Shown here in pieces: positions 62,601 through 64,000 of a stretch of DNA of 64,000 nt. The notes under the pieces were generated by a model. The model had not been told where the DNA came from and ran no database searches. It was given only the letters and a program-made list of their open reading frames with translations. A program made the translations under genes and the position numbers. Origin of the DNA: Arenicellales bacterium. Its GTDB lineage: Bacteria; Pseudomonadota; Gammaproteobacteria; Arenicellales; JAJDZL01. The stretch covers positions 7,271 through 71,270 of the forward strand of contig CBDAUA010000001.1 of the NCBI GenBank assembly GCA_965200425.1, written 5' to 3'. Position 1 is the first letter of the stretch, and each line of letters begins with the position of its first letter.

Positions 62601-64000
62601 CTTTCAATTCCAAGACCAACCGGGCCTGTCCAATTATTGTCAAGGTAAGCTGAAGAGACTCTACTTACCTAATCCTGAATTTCGACAAGTGCAATTTGAG
62701 GAATTTACTTCAGGTAACGAGTCAGAGTGGATGAACCGAGTTCAATTCAATCTACCAGGATTTGAAGGAGACTTTGCCACTTGGATAATTCGAAACGCTA
62801 AACTTCTAAGCGAATCCGAAGCAATGCTCGAAATTGAATTTGGTGATCGTGACGCTACACAGCTGAATTATTCAATCGATCCATCATTGCTCGATATCTG
62901 TTTTCGAGCAGTATCCATGTTGATTAACGATTCTAAGTTATTTCTTCCAATCGAAATCAACAGACTCCAATATTGGCGCAAACCTAGTCGAAAGCTTCGA
63001 TGTAGCATTTTTGTTACTCAACTCACAGAAGAGTCCTTCTCCGCGAATATTGATATTGCGGATGTTTCCGGCAAGCTTTGCGCCAGAATATACGAGCTAA
63101 AACTTCAGTCGTTCACATCAAATCGCTCCAATCAATTCATCGAAAATTTAAGTCCTGATGTCTATGTGCCGAAATGGGTTCGGCATCAGCACAGTTTCGC
63201 ATTGACATCCGGTGCTATTCGCCAAAGACTATCAGAATTTGCACTTACGCGCTCAAACGCCTACCAAAGAGATGTTTACTATGAATACGTCGCTCAGGAA
63301 TTAGAGCGAATTACGATTGCATACATTGGACAAGCATTACAGGAGTTGGGGCTTGAAACATCCAAACCTACATCCATTTCGTTTAGTAGTCTGATGCGAA
63401 AATGTGATGTCGATTACCAACAAGAAAAACAATTTTTCTCTTGTCTAGAATTACTAGAACGTAATCAATTCATAGTATTCACCAACAAAGAATCAGTTAA
63501 TGTCGAGTTTCTGCATGAAGTTCCTCATCATCCTCAACAAGTACTATCAAAAATACTAAATCTTCCGTATCTCGCTGAGTACTTGTCTGAGTTACTTTTG
63601 ATCACTCGCTGTGGGGAGAACTTAGCAAAAGTCCTTTCCGGACAAATGACAGGATTAGATTCTCTGTTCCCGAACGGGTCGGTAGACGACCTTCGAAACT
63701 TCTACAGCAATTCTCCGACTTGTCGAATTTATAACGAAGTGCTGTGTGAATCTATCGAACTGTTGCTGGAAAGTTGGGTAGAAGACAGGCCCTGTCGTAT
63801 TTTGGAATTAGGAGGCGGGACTGGGGCTTTACTAAACCTGTTAACACCAATATTGTCAAGGTATCGAATCGAGTATACCTTTTCCGATATTTCGCAAATC
63901 TTTTTACGACATGCGAAAACGAGATTTCGTGAACTTGACTTTGTTACATATCAACAGTTCGATGCTGATTCTGATCCGTTTGTTCAAGGCTTCACCCACC
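59641..64000 (+). CDS. Type I polyketide synthase, KS-AT-DH-cMT..., partial (runs off window)
   Basis: Manual translation from TTG 59641: PIAIVGLACRFPGG, MDPQQRMLLE, DTACSSS, EAHGTGT and KTNIGHTESAAG (KS); GHSVGE and PFHS (AT); HRLYGETIFP (DH); RILELGGGTG (methyltransferase). Absent from the ORF track, presumably because no stop lies in the window. Confidence 0.92.
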   Translation, partial: MSLVRVSSYCPIAIVGLACRFPGGVESPDQFWNNIRSKDEQVEPIPKELFNGQPLLPDTTNGEYAKVGCFIHDITRFDAAFFGLSPREATDMDPQQRMLLELAWLCMEDAAVTPEQLAELETGVYVGVINHDYERLILSNPSNISAYTGLGRSTSIAANRISYCFNFSGPSITIDTACSSSLTAVDSACKALASSEIDVAFAGGANAILSLESYIEFSQATMLSKSGKCHAFDAKADGFVRAEGAGLILLKRLADALADGDRIHATILATIVNQDGKTSGIMAPSVQAQSKMILECMASCGLSPEQIGYVEAHGTGTQLGDTIEARSIGQTYGNSTTLKKLPIGSVKTNIGHTESAAGIAGLIKTVLSIKHREIPPNLNFVHPNPAIDFENLGIRVPVEVEPWRNSGGEPLIAAVNSFGFGGTNAHAILRQAPKSWNIRSEGHKKPLVLPLTGPTSDAVTELQSTAIKLTDANSACHTLGRRPRSTIRQACVLSGQQIISALRVSDDKNFLQVESPSEQLRFPIAFVFNGIGSNWLSNEGGLYASEPEFRSVIDLCDSLFQSISPSFAIRSFFTKKALSRQPSVELSHAVHFSLQIGLTELWKSWGIQPQAVVGHSVGEIAAAYAAGCIDLCKAVKIVALRARALQKLCGSGLMLAASISPQIAQSYIEDGNDELFIAAINSPSSITFSGTSTAIRLLEIELKKKGVFCRELELPVPFHSPLIDQCSTEVRASIDELSIARMDCRWFSSLNGLEIQNQTKDIDFWWRNFRSPVRFEDALNNCLAESFRVFVEIGPHPYLGLNISECLQKKNLVGHVVGCLKKNENDDQTIRSAAATLFNLGCNINWERINPKSSVCDLPKTKFNRKRFWLHNDIHCASIAPELNLPVINSQPITKTGEPNLHVWDIPLIVRDWPWLNKHRLYGETIFPAAGYIETVLESAKHRFGDKALEINSMEFIKLLQLDQSSKEYSISLCLEVADDQKSELIRFQFQDQPGLSNYCQGKLKRLYLPNPEFRQVQFEEFTSGNESEWMNRVQFNLPGFEGDFATWIIRNAKLLSESEAMLEIEFGDRDATQLNYSIDPSLLDICFRAVSMLINDSKLFLPIEINRLQYWRKPSRKLRCSIFVTQLTEESFSANIDIADVSGKLCARIYELKLQSFTSNRSNQFIENLSPDVYVPKWVRHQHSFALTSGAIRQRLSEFALTRSNAYQRDVYYEYVAQELERITIAYIGQALQELGLETSKPTSISFSSLMRKCDVDYQQEKQFFSCLELLERNQFIVFTNKESVNVEFLHEVPHHPQQVLSKILNLPYLAEYLSELLLITRCGENLAKVLSGQMTGLDSLFPNGSVDDLRNFYSNSPTCRIYNEVLCESIELLLESWVEDRPCRILELGGGTGALLNLLTPILSRYRIEYTFSDISQIFLRHAKTRFRELDFVTYQQFDADSDPFVQGFTH

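Overview
Bacterial chromosomal window with moderate to low GC, most consistent with a sulfur-oxidising, methylated-amine-using gammaproteobacterium. The repeat expansions and PKS type are reminiscent of invertebrate (e.g. sponge) symbionts, but that is inference. From left to right: (i) a putative amine (possibly histamine) catabolic cluster; (ii) a 9.3-kb tandem array of four Rpn/YhgA-family nuclease genes, each with an internal RBS+ATG and followed by one to three free-standing copies of the C-terminal module, with palindromic unit junctions; (iii) DUF1127, leuCD, transporters, tRNA-Val(CAC) and a HAD dehalogenase; (iv) tdm, a Liv-type ABC transporter and tmm; (v) two ~1,630-aa adenine methyltransferase paralogues in direct repeat flanking tmRNA, which share C11/G9 homopolymers and differ at clustered putative specificity loops; (vi) an N-methylglutamate pathway operon flanked by IS1595 and IS3 remnants; (vii) soxXYZAKB-soxW-tolC; and (viii) the 5' part of a KS-AT-DH-cMT type I PKS that is missing from the ORF track. 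All family assignments come from motif recognition by eye; no database searches were run.
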